A stretch of 64,000 bases of DNA, taken from the NCBI RefSeq assembly GCF_963921235.1, contig NC_086097.1, forward strand, positions 223,574,001 to 223,638,000. Reading direction: 5' to 3'. Both the position numbers and the translations under genes were made by a program. The stretch is from Mobula hypostoma. Lineage: Eukaryota. Of the stretch, positions 11,040 to 23,195 are shown in pieces. The notes beneath the pieces were generated by a model. The model had not been told where the DNA came from. It was given only the letters and a program-made list of their open reading frames with translations, and did no database searches. Positions within the stretch are counted from its first letter, which is position 1; each line of letters opens with the position of its first letter.

Positions 11040-14000
11040 CAGATTAAGATTTTAATGTTAATTTTTATTATTTTTAAAACAGCTAAATTGAATGTCATTG
11101 TCCTTGCATAAGAAATAAATGTTTTTCTTAAATGGAGAACAATTTCTATAAGATTATGAATCTGCCCTGATAGATTAGTGGTGAAAGTAACCAGTCAAAA
11201 AATACATCAGGATGATCAGACATTAGAGGATACATACACAAAAGTAGTTCCCAAGACAGTGCGTCACATTTCTTATTTCCACTGAGTAAAAACAGCAAAG
11301 TTCACATTTATAGAAATGACAAGATAAAACAAAATGTAAATCAGGAAAATATGCAAGAACCAGAGAATGCACTATTATCAGAGTAGATGTTTCTTCTTTT
11401 TTACTTCTCTCTGAAATATGCAATTTATGTTTTTAAGAACAATCTTATGAAAGCCAATCCTAATCTTATCCAAGATTCACTTTATCCCCAGCAATGTGGC
11501 TCTATGGCTTCACAGATTCACTAGTTATTTATCATCATCTGCACTAGCCACCACTATATACCTCAAACCAATCCATCACACCTGCTCCCAGTTTCCAAAA
11601 GCCCAAGCACAATCTTATTCCAGCAATAGGAATTGAGTGACTTATCACAGAAATGGAATAGAATTTATTCATATCCTGTCAGTTCTCCTCAGTTCCAAAA
11701 CAGGCATGGCATTGCCCAGTCCACTTCAGAGATATAAAAACAATCTGAAATGCAATTTTACCTACGCTTTGCAGGGAATTCAAACATTTTGGGAGTTGTA
11801 TATTATTTGCTTCAGCAACTATTTGCACACAAAACAGCTGTGCCTTCATAAAAAGATTCATGCAGAACAATGAGAAAAGAGGCTTTTACGATTTTATGTA
11901 AATATCTCACCAACAAAATGTTTTGGTTTAAGAGTAAATTATTAATGCTTATTTTGCAATAAGGAATATTAAACTTTATGCAAATTATCTGCAAATTTTT
12001 GCTCTTCATGCCCATGGCTCATCCTGAAAAAGATGAACAACCTTCTGCTTGAAGATAGTTTGAGTTTATCTGGTGGGTAATTCATACTGAAACATCAAAA
12101 CTGATCCTAGTCTGGACTTCTGGGGATTGTTAATGAAGAGATCAGTGATCATACACAGGAGTAATAGCTGGCTTTCACTATTCCCCTAAGTGAGAGATGT
12201 TGTCAGGTCCTACTGCCAACCCCCACCAACACTCTCAGTTTGCACAACCTATCTAGCATCTTTCTAATACGTTTTGCAGATATACTCTAGGTCATCACTT
12301 TGCAGCTAAGGACTTTGTTAATCAGCAGACATGTAGATGATTGAATTAATTTCATATACAGAATTCAATGTATACATCATACACTCAAGCACACACAAAA
12401 TTCTTCAGAATAAAGACGTGAAAGTGCAAATAAATTTACAAAAGAAATAAGATAAATAACTGAAAACAAAAGGAAAAGTCACAAGTAGCAAGGATGTGAG
12501 TTAGGAAGCACCTAATCATTTCTATGGCATTTACATTTTAATAATTTCACACTTTCTACTACTTTGTATTCAGACAAAAAAAAAACAAAATATTATCACA
12601 AATACTGTGGATTAAAACTAAGTCAACAAGAATTTGCATAGCAAGTTTCAAGGGTCACGTGTCAATTCTGCATGAAATCAGATTTTCACAAATTTTTCAG
12701 AGGTGACAAATATTGATTATGTAAATTGTAATCCCGCACCGTCAGTGCACTGTTCAGAACTTCTTGAACAAATTGTCCACAGACCCACTTTAAATCTCAG
12801 TATGCAATTTCTTAATAGCTACCTTACTCAGCAGAAATCAGTCCTTTTTAAGTAGGTGAGGAAGAACAGACTGGAATAAATAGAGGACCTCTGAAGAACT
12901 GCAAGGTTGTTATAAAATGATGAATTTTCTACATTTACTCACAACATTCCAAAATTCTCATATTGTGGTAATTGCATTCAGAAGTGAAAATGATCCTAAG
13001 CAGAATACTGTACTGTTATTCGTTAATAAATGTTATTTAAGTGCCTTATAAAACTAGAATTTTTTTCCTTTGCCAATTCATTGCTATGTATTTTCCCCAC
13101 AGTACATCACTCAGAAAATATAGAAGTAATTAAACAGTGTATAACATTGACTCACAACAGTGCCGAATAGACACTGAAAACCTTAACATTACTTCCATCT
13201 CCAATGATATTAATAAGTGGTAAATGCAGCATTTTGTTAAAACTTTTGCAAGTACAAGACTGTACAAATATATAGGCTACATTCAGGTCACAGCATCAGT
13301 TAGCCTGTGTTCTTTTAAAAATAATAAGTTAAATCTGGTTAAAACGTAATATTATTCCTAAAGGGCTTTCATCTCAAAATATACACACAAAGTGTTTGGC
13401 CAATTTTTTGAAATCATAACATTTTTTAAGTGACATTTTCTGATTTTAACCTCTACCAGAACATTGCAGGCTGCACAACTTTCATATAGAGATGGGTAAA
13501 AAGGTTCGAAAGATAAGCTGCACCTTCATACAAAATTCTCACCACTTCTATGAATAAGGGTCTCACAGTAGTCATTTGCTAAGATGCTGAAATCGCTGAA
13601 ATTTGAATCCCAGTTTTACAAGCCTATATGTATGATGAAGACAACCCAATTAAAGAAAATTCACAAAAAAAGTAAAGAATTTAAGCTTAAGTGTTAATCA
13701 TTTAGATTTACGATTATGTTATGACCAATGGCAATCAGTACATAGGCACTTGCGAATGAAGTACAACAGTAAAATCAGGAGTCAGATGTTTATAAAAACT
13801 GCTCAAATTATCACTGAGCTGAAAAATGCCGCTGGCTATGCACTGATAAACCACTTGAATGTTGCAAATAAAAGTAGCTTGTGAATAGCTTAATCCAACA
13901 ACAGGAAAATTAATTTAAAACTCTAATTAATGAAACAGATTATAAAAGTTACAGTTGCTTTCCCTCAAAACAACTTAACAGTGTTCACATATTTTCGAAG

Positions 14001-15460
14001 GGGATATTACACAACTACATAACTGATATGCTGCACCATTAAAAATAACTTTTGATAGACTTCTTGGTCTGATTTATGGAGGATACTGTGGAAGAGATAA
14101 GCTTCCTTACTTCTTTTTATATTAAAAATCTATAAAATGTGTTTACAGGAGCTAACAAAATCAACTTGTGAATGCTTCTAAGGTGATTCAGTACACAAAG
14201 GGTTACATATCTTAGACATATCAGCACTGCTTTGGAAAAAGGTCACTGTCATCTCTGATCTACCTTATTATCTTTGGAGGTTAAGGTTGCACCCTGAAAT
14301 AGTTTTCCACAGTTCTGAGCCCTAATTTTGCTTCTACTAATAATGCCATAGTGGCATTTATTTTACAAGTTCCATTTTTTTTTACAATTACCTTCAAATT
14401 CCAACCTACAGTATTTAATTCCATTAATAAATAATGGTATAACAAAGATTTGCTCTGTTTTCCATTATCAAGTGAAGCTAACAAACCAAAAACATACAAT
14501 TAAAACAGTGTTATGTAATAAAAAAAACAATTTGTGAAAACATTAATTGTATCCTTCAAGATGAATTGTACTTTTTATATTGTAAAGGACTAAAGACAAG
14601 TTGTCATCCACAAGTGAAATGAAAATAATTTACAAGACAATATTACAACAAAACAGCGTTTCATTCAAAATATATTTCATATTAGAAGCTTCAAGTATGA
14701 TAACAAAAACGTGACAATGAAGAAAAAATAAAATGAAGCAATGCATAATGGATGTGTTCCAGTTTAAACTGTCCATTATGAAAAGAATAGGAGCAAAAGG
14801 GCCCACACTGAAGACTAGTCAATGACCCTGAAAAATACCAACAAAGAATACATTGCTCAAAAGGCAATTTGGCTCAACTCAAGAACAATAAATTAAATAT
14901 AGTTTGTAAGTGAGACAAATGATACTCAAAAATTTTCCTGCTCTGGAATGCTTCATTATATATGAAATTTGTTGTAGCTAAACATGCCACAAGATTTTAC
15001 ATACCCTGCCATTTGACCATAATACAGTAAATTTAGTACATTAATAAAATTGCAAATGTCAATTAAAAATGGATCCCAAAACTTTTATTGCACAGATTTC
15101 TTTCTGTTTTAAATCCAACATGCATCAGTATCTACTTATTGCACAATATAGGAGGGCTTTAAACCTTCTCACAAGGTATCTCCTCACACAAAAAAAAACT
15201 AAACAAATGGTTTATTATTAGAATTATAACATTTCTTCCTAAGTGCTGCATTAATACTGTTAATAAACCAAATGGGGTCAGATGCAGGGACTTAACCAGC
15301 TATCAGCATGTGCCCAGATGAACACCAGTAAAAATGCAGTGAAGGAAGTAGTCTTCAGTGCCTGCCGGCAGGTTTCTGTTTAAGTTCGAAGATTGACTGA
15401 TCAAAGTGCTTTTGGACTCAGCAGTACTTTTCTTTCTACAAATATTAAGATTCTGAAGCA
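11040..15460 (-). other. UBE2W: Putative long 3'UTR of UBE2W (terminal exon)
   Basis: About 4.4 kb, AT-rich and free of recognisable TEs, directly after the stop codon. Minus-strand AATAAA sites (TTTATT on +) include 15211, 15084, 14357, 11664 and 11064. The distal end is inferred. Confidence 0.6.
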
Positions 15461-15474
15461 TCAACATGTATCGT
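15461..15474 (-). CDS. UBE2W: UBE2W terminal coding exon, (D)DTC-stop
   Basis: Acceptor ttttgttttgcag|ACGATACATGTTGA. Joined to the phase-1 G of the previous exon it reads GAC GAT ACA TGT TGA (DDTC*), the known UBE2W C-terminus. Confidence 0.93.
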
Positions 15475-15625
15475 CTGCAAAACAAAACAGATCAAGTTAA
15501 GAATACTAAGCTAAACAATGGGGATGTGCAATACAGAGAATGGGAAAGCCTAGAAAAATATTATTAACTGACAGTTAGCTAATAGGTCAATGTCCAACTC
15601 AAAAAGCTACATTAAAAATGTGCCA

Positions 15626-15755
15626 ACACGAGGAAATCTGCAGGAGGACGAAGTCTAGTCCTGACGAAGGGTCTCGGCCCGAAACGTCGACTGTACCTCT
15701 TCCTGGAGATGCTGCCTGGCTCGCTGCGTTCACCAGCAACTTTGATGTGTGTTGC
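15626..15755 (+). mobile_element. 130-bp Penelope-like insertion with 14-bp TSD
   Basis: TSD ttaaaaatgtgcca at 15612-15625 and 15756-15769. An inverted 5' piece (acacgaggaaatctgcag) precedes the pLTR sequence. Confidence 0.85.
15656..15693 (+). ncRNA. Minimal type I hammerhead ribozyme motif (Penelope-associated)
   Basis: UAGUC CUGACGA A GGGU-CUCG-GCCC GAAAC GUC GACUG. Stem I is UAGUC/GACUG, the CUGANGA and GAAA cores are intact, stem II is present, stem III is the palindrome ACGU, and the cleavage triplet is GUC. Confidence 0.8.
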
Positions 15756-18700
15756 TTAAAAATGTGCCACCTTCATTGTGATATGGTGAATCTCATTCAA
15801 AATTCACATCACTGAATTCTAATGTATAAATACAGGCAACTCCTGCATTACAGCCATTTGGAGTACAGAAATTCTCCCTTATGGAAGTCACAAATCACTA
15901 CCCAAACTTTTGAGATACAGAATAAATTCACTTACAGAAGTTATGGGAAATAAATAAGTACAAAATGCATAAGAAACAACAAATTTTAGCAAATTTTATT
16001 TTTAATTACTCAATGTGGGGTAATAAGTTATAAATATAACATCACAATATCAGTTGGGTTGGCAGTCACTGCCAAATCCCTCTTTTGCAATAACCACTCA
16101 GATGTCACGTTGCTGTGCTCTTCATCTGCGAGGCACTTCCCCTGACGCGCTGCATTTGGGGAGCTGCAGTAGCCATGGCAAGATCCTTAAAGTAATTCCT
16201 CACAGTTTCCACTTCCACAAGGTTGCCATGTTCTTTTTTTTTGTAATTTATTTTTTATTGAAGTTCATCAGCAAACATTTCCATAAGATGTATTTCCAAT
16301 ACTGTACATATATATCATAGTCTATTTGCCACAGATTTCCACACAATATTTATCTGAGGTATACACTTATAGAAAAGAGAGGAAAGAAAGAACAAGCAGA
16401 AGGAGAAAACTACGTACAAGTAGGGAGTGATTTGTTTTACAACATATTCATTGATTTGAGATAATAAAATCAGGCCTATGAGGTGTTATGTAGTTGAACC
16501 ATTTTTCTCAGTATGAATCAAATTGTTCCAACTTATGATTAACAGATGCTGTTATCCTTTCCATCTTATAAATGTCCATTGTAATTTCCATCCATGTATA
16601 CAAAGTTGGGCTCTTCTGTGATAACCATTTCCTGGTAAGAGTCTTTTTACCAGCCAACAGCAGTATATTCATTAAATATTTATCTCTTTTCAACCATTCT
16701 TGAGGTACTAACCCAAAATATATGGTCTTACTTTCTAAGGGTATTTCACATTTAAAAAGCTCTTATAGGGCACTGTGCATCCCATGGAGCATTCCCAGAA
16801 AATATGATAATAGTTTGCATTTTGATTTCCACAATTTCTCCAGCAAACAAGGAGGTTACTATCATAATGGGATTTCTGAGAGGGTGTCATAAAATGTATC
16901 AAGTTTTTCCATCCAAACTCCCTCCATTTCTGTGAACTGGTACACTTTCATTGATACCTCCATATTATAGTCCATTCTCCCTCAGATATAATTATCCCTC
17001 CTTCCTTCTCCCATTTTGTTTTAATGTATGAAGTCGAATGTGTTTTAAGATTTGACAAACCCTTATACACGTTTGAAATTATTCTACTACCATTATCTGA
17101 ATTATATGCTTTTCTAAATAGCTCTATCAAACATGTACATTTTTAACCCTCCTATCAACATACTGTGGCATCTGTAAACACAGATAAAAGACTTGTTTTT
17201 CTAATGTGTTTCTCTTTAAGCATTTCAAAACTGAACAGTGTTCCTTCTTTCATTATATTGCAAAGAACTGTTATTCCTCTAGCTGTCCAGTCCTTAAATC
17301 TAGCATCCAGTTTATTCGGCGTAAAATCCGAGTCATATGCACACCATTTAAGAATTGCAATATCTCCCTCTAGTTTGTATTTTTTTATAGTAGTTTTCCA
17401 TATTTTAAGGGCCCATTTCACCCATGGGTTATCAATAGTATTTATGTATCTTTGTAGGTTATCAGCCAAAATTGCCTGTATGGGGATGGAAAGTATCCTC
17501 TCTTCAATGTTTTTCCATTGAGCATCACATGATGGGTTGCACCAGCACATCACAGCTCTCAACTGTGCTGCAAAATAATAATCTCCAAGAGAAGGTAGGC
17601 CCCATCCCCCCTTTTCCTTGGCTAATTGCAAAGTTTCGAGACGAACTCTAGGCCTTCTACCTTGCCATATATATCTTGATAACATTTTGTTCCATTCATT
17701 GAATTGATTTAGTCAATCTCTATTGGTAGGGTCTGAAAGAGATAATAGTCTGGGCAATATATTCATTTTAATGGATTCAGTCCCTGAACTGAGACTAAAA
17801 AAAGGAATTAGGTTCCATCTTATTATATCTTCCTTAATTTTTTTAATATATAGGTAGATAATTGCATTCTGATAATTTTGTCAAACCTTTTGGCATAATG
17901 GTGCCCAAATATTTGAAAGACTCTGTTTGCCATGCCCAGGGATATTTACTTTCAATTTCTCTTGGTGGGCTATAGTTATAAGAAAGTAATTGGGTTTTAT
18001 CTATGTTGATCTTGTATCCTGAAAATTGACCATATTGTTCAAAGGATTGCATCAATTTAGGTAAAGGCCTGATTGCCCTAGATAGATCAAAATGTCATCT
18101 GCGTAACAGGCCAATTTATGCTCTGTCCCTTTAATAGTAATTTCCCTGATATCTTTATTTTGTCTGATGTATTGAGCTAATGGTTCCAGATATAATGCAA
18201 ACAGTAGCGGTGACCATGCACAACCCTGTCTCTTGCACAACTATTTGATAAATATCCATTGATTTTAATCCGAGCAGTAGGGTTGTCATATAGTGCCTGT
18301 ACAGTTTTAATAATTGTGTCATGTAAACCAAATCTATGTAAAACTCCGTAAAGAAAATTCCAATTAACTGAATCAAATGCCTTTTCAGCATCCACCCTTA
18401 CAACTACTGCTTCGATCTTATTTTTTTGTATATGATCCATAATGTGAAGTGTCCTTCATATATTGTCTTGTGTTTAGCGTTGTTGTATAAAATCTGTCTG
18501 ATCCTTATGTATCAGTATGGGTAGAAACGTTTCTAATCGTTTGGCCATGATGGAGGTAAATAAACTATGATCCACATTAAGAAAAGATATTGGTCTAAAT
18601 AACCCACATTCCATTTTATCCTTGCCTCCTTTTGGTATAGCTGAGATTATCGCTTCCTTCCAGCTGGGTGGCATTTGTGCCTCTTTTACAGCCCAGTTCA

Positions 18701-18990
18701 GTGTGGGGAGTAAGACAGGAATTAACTAATTTTTAAATTCTTTTTACCACTCTGCCGTATACCCATCTGAACCTGGTGACTTGCTTAATTTAAGCCTACT
18801 AATTACAGCTTTTAGTTCAACTTCAGTTATGTCAGCAGTCATTGTTCTATTTTGTTCTTTGCGTAAAGTGGGTAACTCCAGAGAATCCAGTAAAGTGTCA
18901 ATTTGGGTTATGCTTCCCCCTGGAACTTTGGAATACAGAGTTTTGTAAAACACTTCAAAAGCTTCTTGAATTTCACTTAGCAATTTTTTT

Positions 18991-19468
18991 CCCCCCTGAT
19001 TCCTGGGATGGCAGGACTTTCATATGATGAAAGACTGGATCGACTGGGCTTATACTCATTGGAATTTAGAAGATTGAGGGGGGATCTTATTGAAACATAT
19101 AAAATCCTAAAGGGATTGGACAGGCTAGATGCAGGAAGATTGTTCCCGATGTTGGGGAAGTCCAGAACGAGGGGTCACAGTTTGAGGATAAAGGGGAAGC
19201 CTTTTAGGACCGAGATTTGGAAAAACTTCTTCACACAGACAGTGGTGAATCTGTCTGCCACAGGAAACAGTTGAGGCCAGTTCATTGGCTATATTTAAGA
19301 GGGAGTTAGATATGGCCCTTGTGGCTAAAGGGATCAGGGGGTATGGGGGGGGGGAAGGCTGGTACAGGGTTCTGAGTTGGATGATCAGCCATGATCATAC
19401 TGAATGGCGGTGCAGGCTCGAAGGGCCAAATGGCCTACTCCTGCACCTATTTTCTATGTTTCTATGTT
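18991..19468 (+). mobile_element. CR1 3' fragment nested in L1 ORF2
   Basis: LGLYSLEFRRLRGDLIETYKIL and a (tttctatg)n tail, interrupting L1 sequence that is continuous in the second copy (~44530-44570). Confidence 0.9.
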
Positions 19469-19903
19469 TTTATCATTTTTGTTCTTGGATCCCTAATTCT
19501 ATGAATTGTATTTTTTGCCATCTTTTTCTGCAGTTTCCACGCCAGTATTTTCATAGACTTAGATCCACTTTTATAATGTCTCTATTTCAGAAACATTAAA
19601 GTTTTCCTGATTTCTTGCATAGCCAAACTATTAATTTCATTCCTAATTTTTAAAATTTCCTCTAATGTATGCTGTGCCAAATTCAATTTCTTTTTTTTCT
19701 AGTTCCTTCAGCCTATTTTGTAATTCCTCTAATGTTTTATTCCTTATATTTTTCTTATATTAAGATATCGCTATAATTTTCCCTCTGAAGACAGCCTTCA
19801 GAGTATCCCATAGAATGGGAGGTGAAACCTCTCCATTATCACTGCATTCTAAGTAAAGACCAATTTCTTTTTGAATTTGTTCCTTAAAGTAGGGATCCTT
19901 GAG

Positions 19904-20192
19904 GGGCATCCGTTAGTCTCATGAGACCATGGATTTGCGCCTTGGAAGGTTTCCATGGCGCAGGCCTGGGCAAGGTTGTATGGAAGAGCAGCAGTTGCCC
20001 ATGCTACAAGTCTCCCCTCTCCACACCACCGATGTTGTCCAAGCGAAGGGCATAAGGACCCATACAGCTTGGCACCAGTGTTGTCGCAGAGCAATGTGTG
20101 GTTAAGTGCCTTGATCAAGGACACAATATGCTGCCTCAGCCAAGGCTTGAACTAGCAACCTTCAAATCACTAGACAAACGCCTTAACCACTT
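19904..20192 (-). mobile_element. tRNA-derived SINE with CORE-like centre and probable RTE-type tail, nested in L1
   Basis: On the minus strand: A-box-like agtggttaagg, B-box-like gttcaagcc, centre gtgtccttgatcaaggcacttaacc, and tail ggcgcaaatccatggtctcatgagactaacggatgcc. Absent from the second L1 copy. Confidence 0.7.
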
Positions 20193-22904
20193 ACTTGAAT
20201 TTAGTTTCCAAATAGTATTCTTTGGTTGTAGGTCAAAATCAACAGATAAATGTATAGGTGCATGGTCACTTACATCTATTGTCCCAACTCCACAGGTGTT
20301 TATTTTGTCTTTGTCTTTTCCAAATGTTATGAAATAGTCTATTCCTGTATATACATAATGAGTGTAATCCCTTCTGTCGGGGAAAAGGTCCCTCCATATA
20401 TCAATTAAACCAACATCCTCAAAAAGTGTATTAACTCTTATGTGAGGATTTTGTTTCATAGGTTTTTCTATTGGAAAAGTCTAACTTTGGCTGTAATTGT
20501 AAATTTAAGTCTCCCCCACATATCAGGAGACCTTCTGTTTCCGTTACCATAATATTAGTAATTTTCTGAAAGAAACTAATATCACTTCCTGGGGGTGCGT
20601 ATATATTCAATAGAGTAACTGAATTTCCATCTATATTTCCCCTTACCAGAATATATCTGCCCTCCTTATCTCCCATTTCAAATACTTTTTCAAAATTTAG
20701 CTTGCTTGAGATAAGAATAGCAACTCCTCTCCCATGTCCTGATTTATATGAGGAGAAAAACAAATTAGTGAAGCCCATTCTCTTTAGTTTTCCATGCTTA
20801 TTATCACTTAAGTGAGTTTCCTGTAAATATACTACATGGGCTTGTTCTTTTTTCATTTTGGATAGAATTTTTCTGCGTTTGATTGGATTTAACAGCCCAT
20901 TGACATTAAAAGAAATGAATTTTACTTTGTCCTTAGCCATGTGTATTTATCTGTCAATATATCATTGAAGTTAGCAGAATAAAACTTAATCAATCTACTC
21001 CCTGAACAAATAAGAACCAAGAAACGCGAATAAAGGAAAAGGTAACAAAGGTGTGATTCCAAGGGTGAGGTCTCTAGTAGTTGACCCTGGGTTGAGCTGG
21101 AGGAAATGTCTAGTTGTGGGAGATAGCCTCTCCTACCTGTGAGTTGAGGGCCCCCACTGCAGTACCCATCAAAGTAAGTGAAAAAATCTATGTCCATTAC
21201 ACAGAAAAGATTTCTTTGTGTATTCCTCCCATGTATATATTCTCATTTAGATGGGGAAAAAGGAGTGAATGAATGAATAAAAAATAAAATAATTGAGTAA
21301 TATAAAATTCACATTGTAATATTTATTTCTTGAGATAAGTACAGCACTGTCTATATTTACTTCTGTTTAGCTTATCCACACTTTTGAAATTAGTCAGACC
21401 TTATGGCTCTTCTGGAGGGGTTGAGGGCTGTCTTCTGAAAACTCACAGTCTCTTCCTGATATTCTTCTCTCGCCCTCCTCCCATCCTGTTTTCTCAATTC
21501 TCTCACTATTTCCCAAGCAGATCGGAATAACTGCACAGCCAGGCTTTCCCTCGGTTTGATCATGCTGACAGGCAACCCTCTGTCCTTCATGTCTGCAGTC
21601 GCCTCTTCCACTGTCTGATACAGCTGCGTCCTGTCTTCATAAAACACTCGCAGTTTAGCAGGGTACGGAGTCTGGAAGCTAATCTTTCTTTGCTTTAATA
21701 CTCACTTTGCTTCAGAATATTTCTTCCGTTTCTGCAGGACTGCTGGGGGGGGGGGGGTAATCTTGATCAAAATATATTAATTTCCCGTTCAAAAACACCT
21801 TCTTCTTTCCCCAGGCCTTGCGCAGAATCTCTGCTTTGGTTTTGTACTGAAGGAATCTAATTACTATTGACTGTGGCTCATCTTCCCTGTCTCCAGAAGG
21901 CCTCGGGACAAGCGCGCAGTGTGCTCTCTCAATGTCAAGTTCCATAGTTGAGGGAATCTCCAGCGTATCCCGCAGTAACTTTTCTACAAACTCCACCATA
22001 GACAACCCCTCCACTCCTTCCGGAACATTATATATCCTGATATTCTTCCGTGGTGACCTTCCTTCTTGGTCAAGTAGTTTATTTTCTTATCGATTTAACA
22101 CTTAGCATCCGTTCCACGTTTTGAACGCGATCTTCCACCTTTTCAATTCATGTCTCTGCCACCGCTATTTTTTGATCAACGTTGGTGAGCTCTGACTAGA
22201 TATCAGTTAGTTGCAGTTTTATGTCTTTTTGGGATTCCCGTATCTCTTTCAGAATTTTTAGTAAATTTGCCGCTTCGTCTGAACAAGGCTCAGCGTTAAC
22301 CTCGCTACCATGCGCTCATGTAGGAGAGCCGCTCATTGCACCCCCTCATTCACAGGCTCCGCAATGATGCTTTTATTATCTCCATTCCTTTTCCCCATTC
22401 TTGCCCCCCTTACTAGTTCAGATATTTTCGAGACATCTTGTATTTGGCGGATTAACGGGGCAAAATAAGCGTTTTTCCAGAGGAGCTATTATTTTAGGCT
22501 GCCATTCTGGACGATGATGTCACCGGAACCAGGTTGCCGTGTTCTAACCCATTACTGCCCCCACTAAAACCCTTCTAAATGATCTGTCTCATGAGCCTAT
22601 CCTCGAATCCCTTTCTGAGATATCCCCACCTCCTAAACCATTTCCTAACCTACAATTTTGCAGATCCTTTTTTAAAAATCAAATTTCTCTTGTATATCTT
22701 CATATTTGCATTCTCTGTGATTCCATTCTATCTTTAAATTCTCCTTTTCAACAACAGTTCTAACTCCAATCTGTGCACAAGCCTTTTTCAGATTCTCAAA
22801 CGAGTTACTCTTCATTCATTCTGATTTCACTAGCTTTTTGCGTCCTCTGAATTTCCTCTAAACATTATACATAATTTTCTATTTGTATTTTGGTCACGCC
22901 CCCA

Positions 22905-23195
22905 CCTTTAAAGTAAAATTTATTATCAGGGTACAAACATGTCACCATATACAACTGAGATACTTTTTCTGCAGGTATAGTTAGCAAATTTACAGAACAG
23001 TAACTAAGCTGCAAACATCAGGAACTGTTAACTATAAACAAACTGCAAATGCAGATATAAATAAAGAGCAATAAAAAAAGCATGAAATAACAAGATAACA
23101 AAGTCCTTAAATGAGTGTAGCTATCTCCTTTTGTTCAAGAGACTGATGGTTGAGGGGTAGTAACTGATCTTGAACCTGGTGGTCAGAGTCCTGAA
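22905..23195 (-). mobile_element. Old Rex/Babar-like LINE 3' fragment
   Basis: aaagtaaaatttattatc tail and ctgatggttgaggggtagtaactg...cttgaacctggt, similar to the Rex-like C-terminus. Confidence 0.55.

Larger units (their letters stand above)
16235..22530 (-). mobile_element. Full-length L1-clade LINE (ORF1 ~22398-21390, ORF2 from 20940), decayed, in the last UBE2W intron, sense to the gene
   Basis: L1 ORF1-like IERAH and YFDQDY; APE domain SFNVNGL...YLQETHL...NIYAP...SDH; RT DAEKAFD, RQGC..SPLLF and YADD; poly(A) tail. 15-bp TSD aggttgcc(a/g)tgttct at 16220-16234 and 22531-22545. Confidence 0.95.

Noticed and set aside
15303..15485. 60-aa minus-strand ORF (RYMLMLQ...GVHLGTC) as the terminal coding exon
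   Set aside because: Wrong frame. The upstream exon ends in phase 1, which gives DDTC* at 15461; the rest is 3'UTR.
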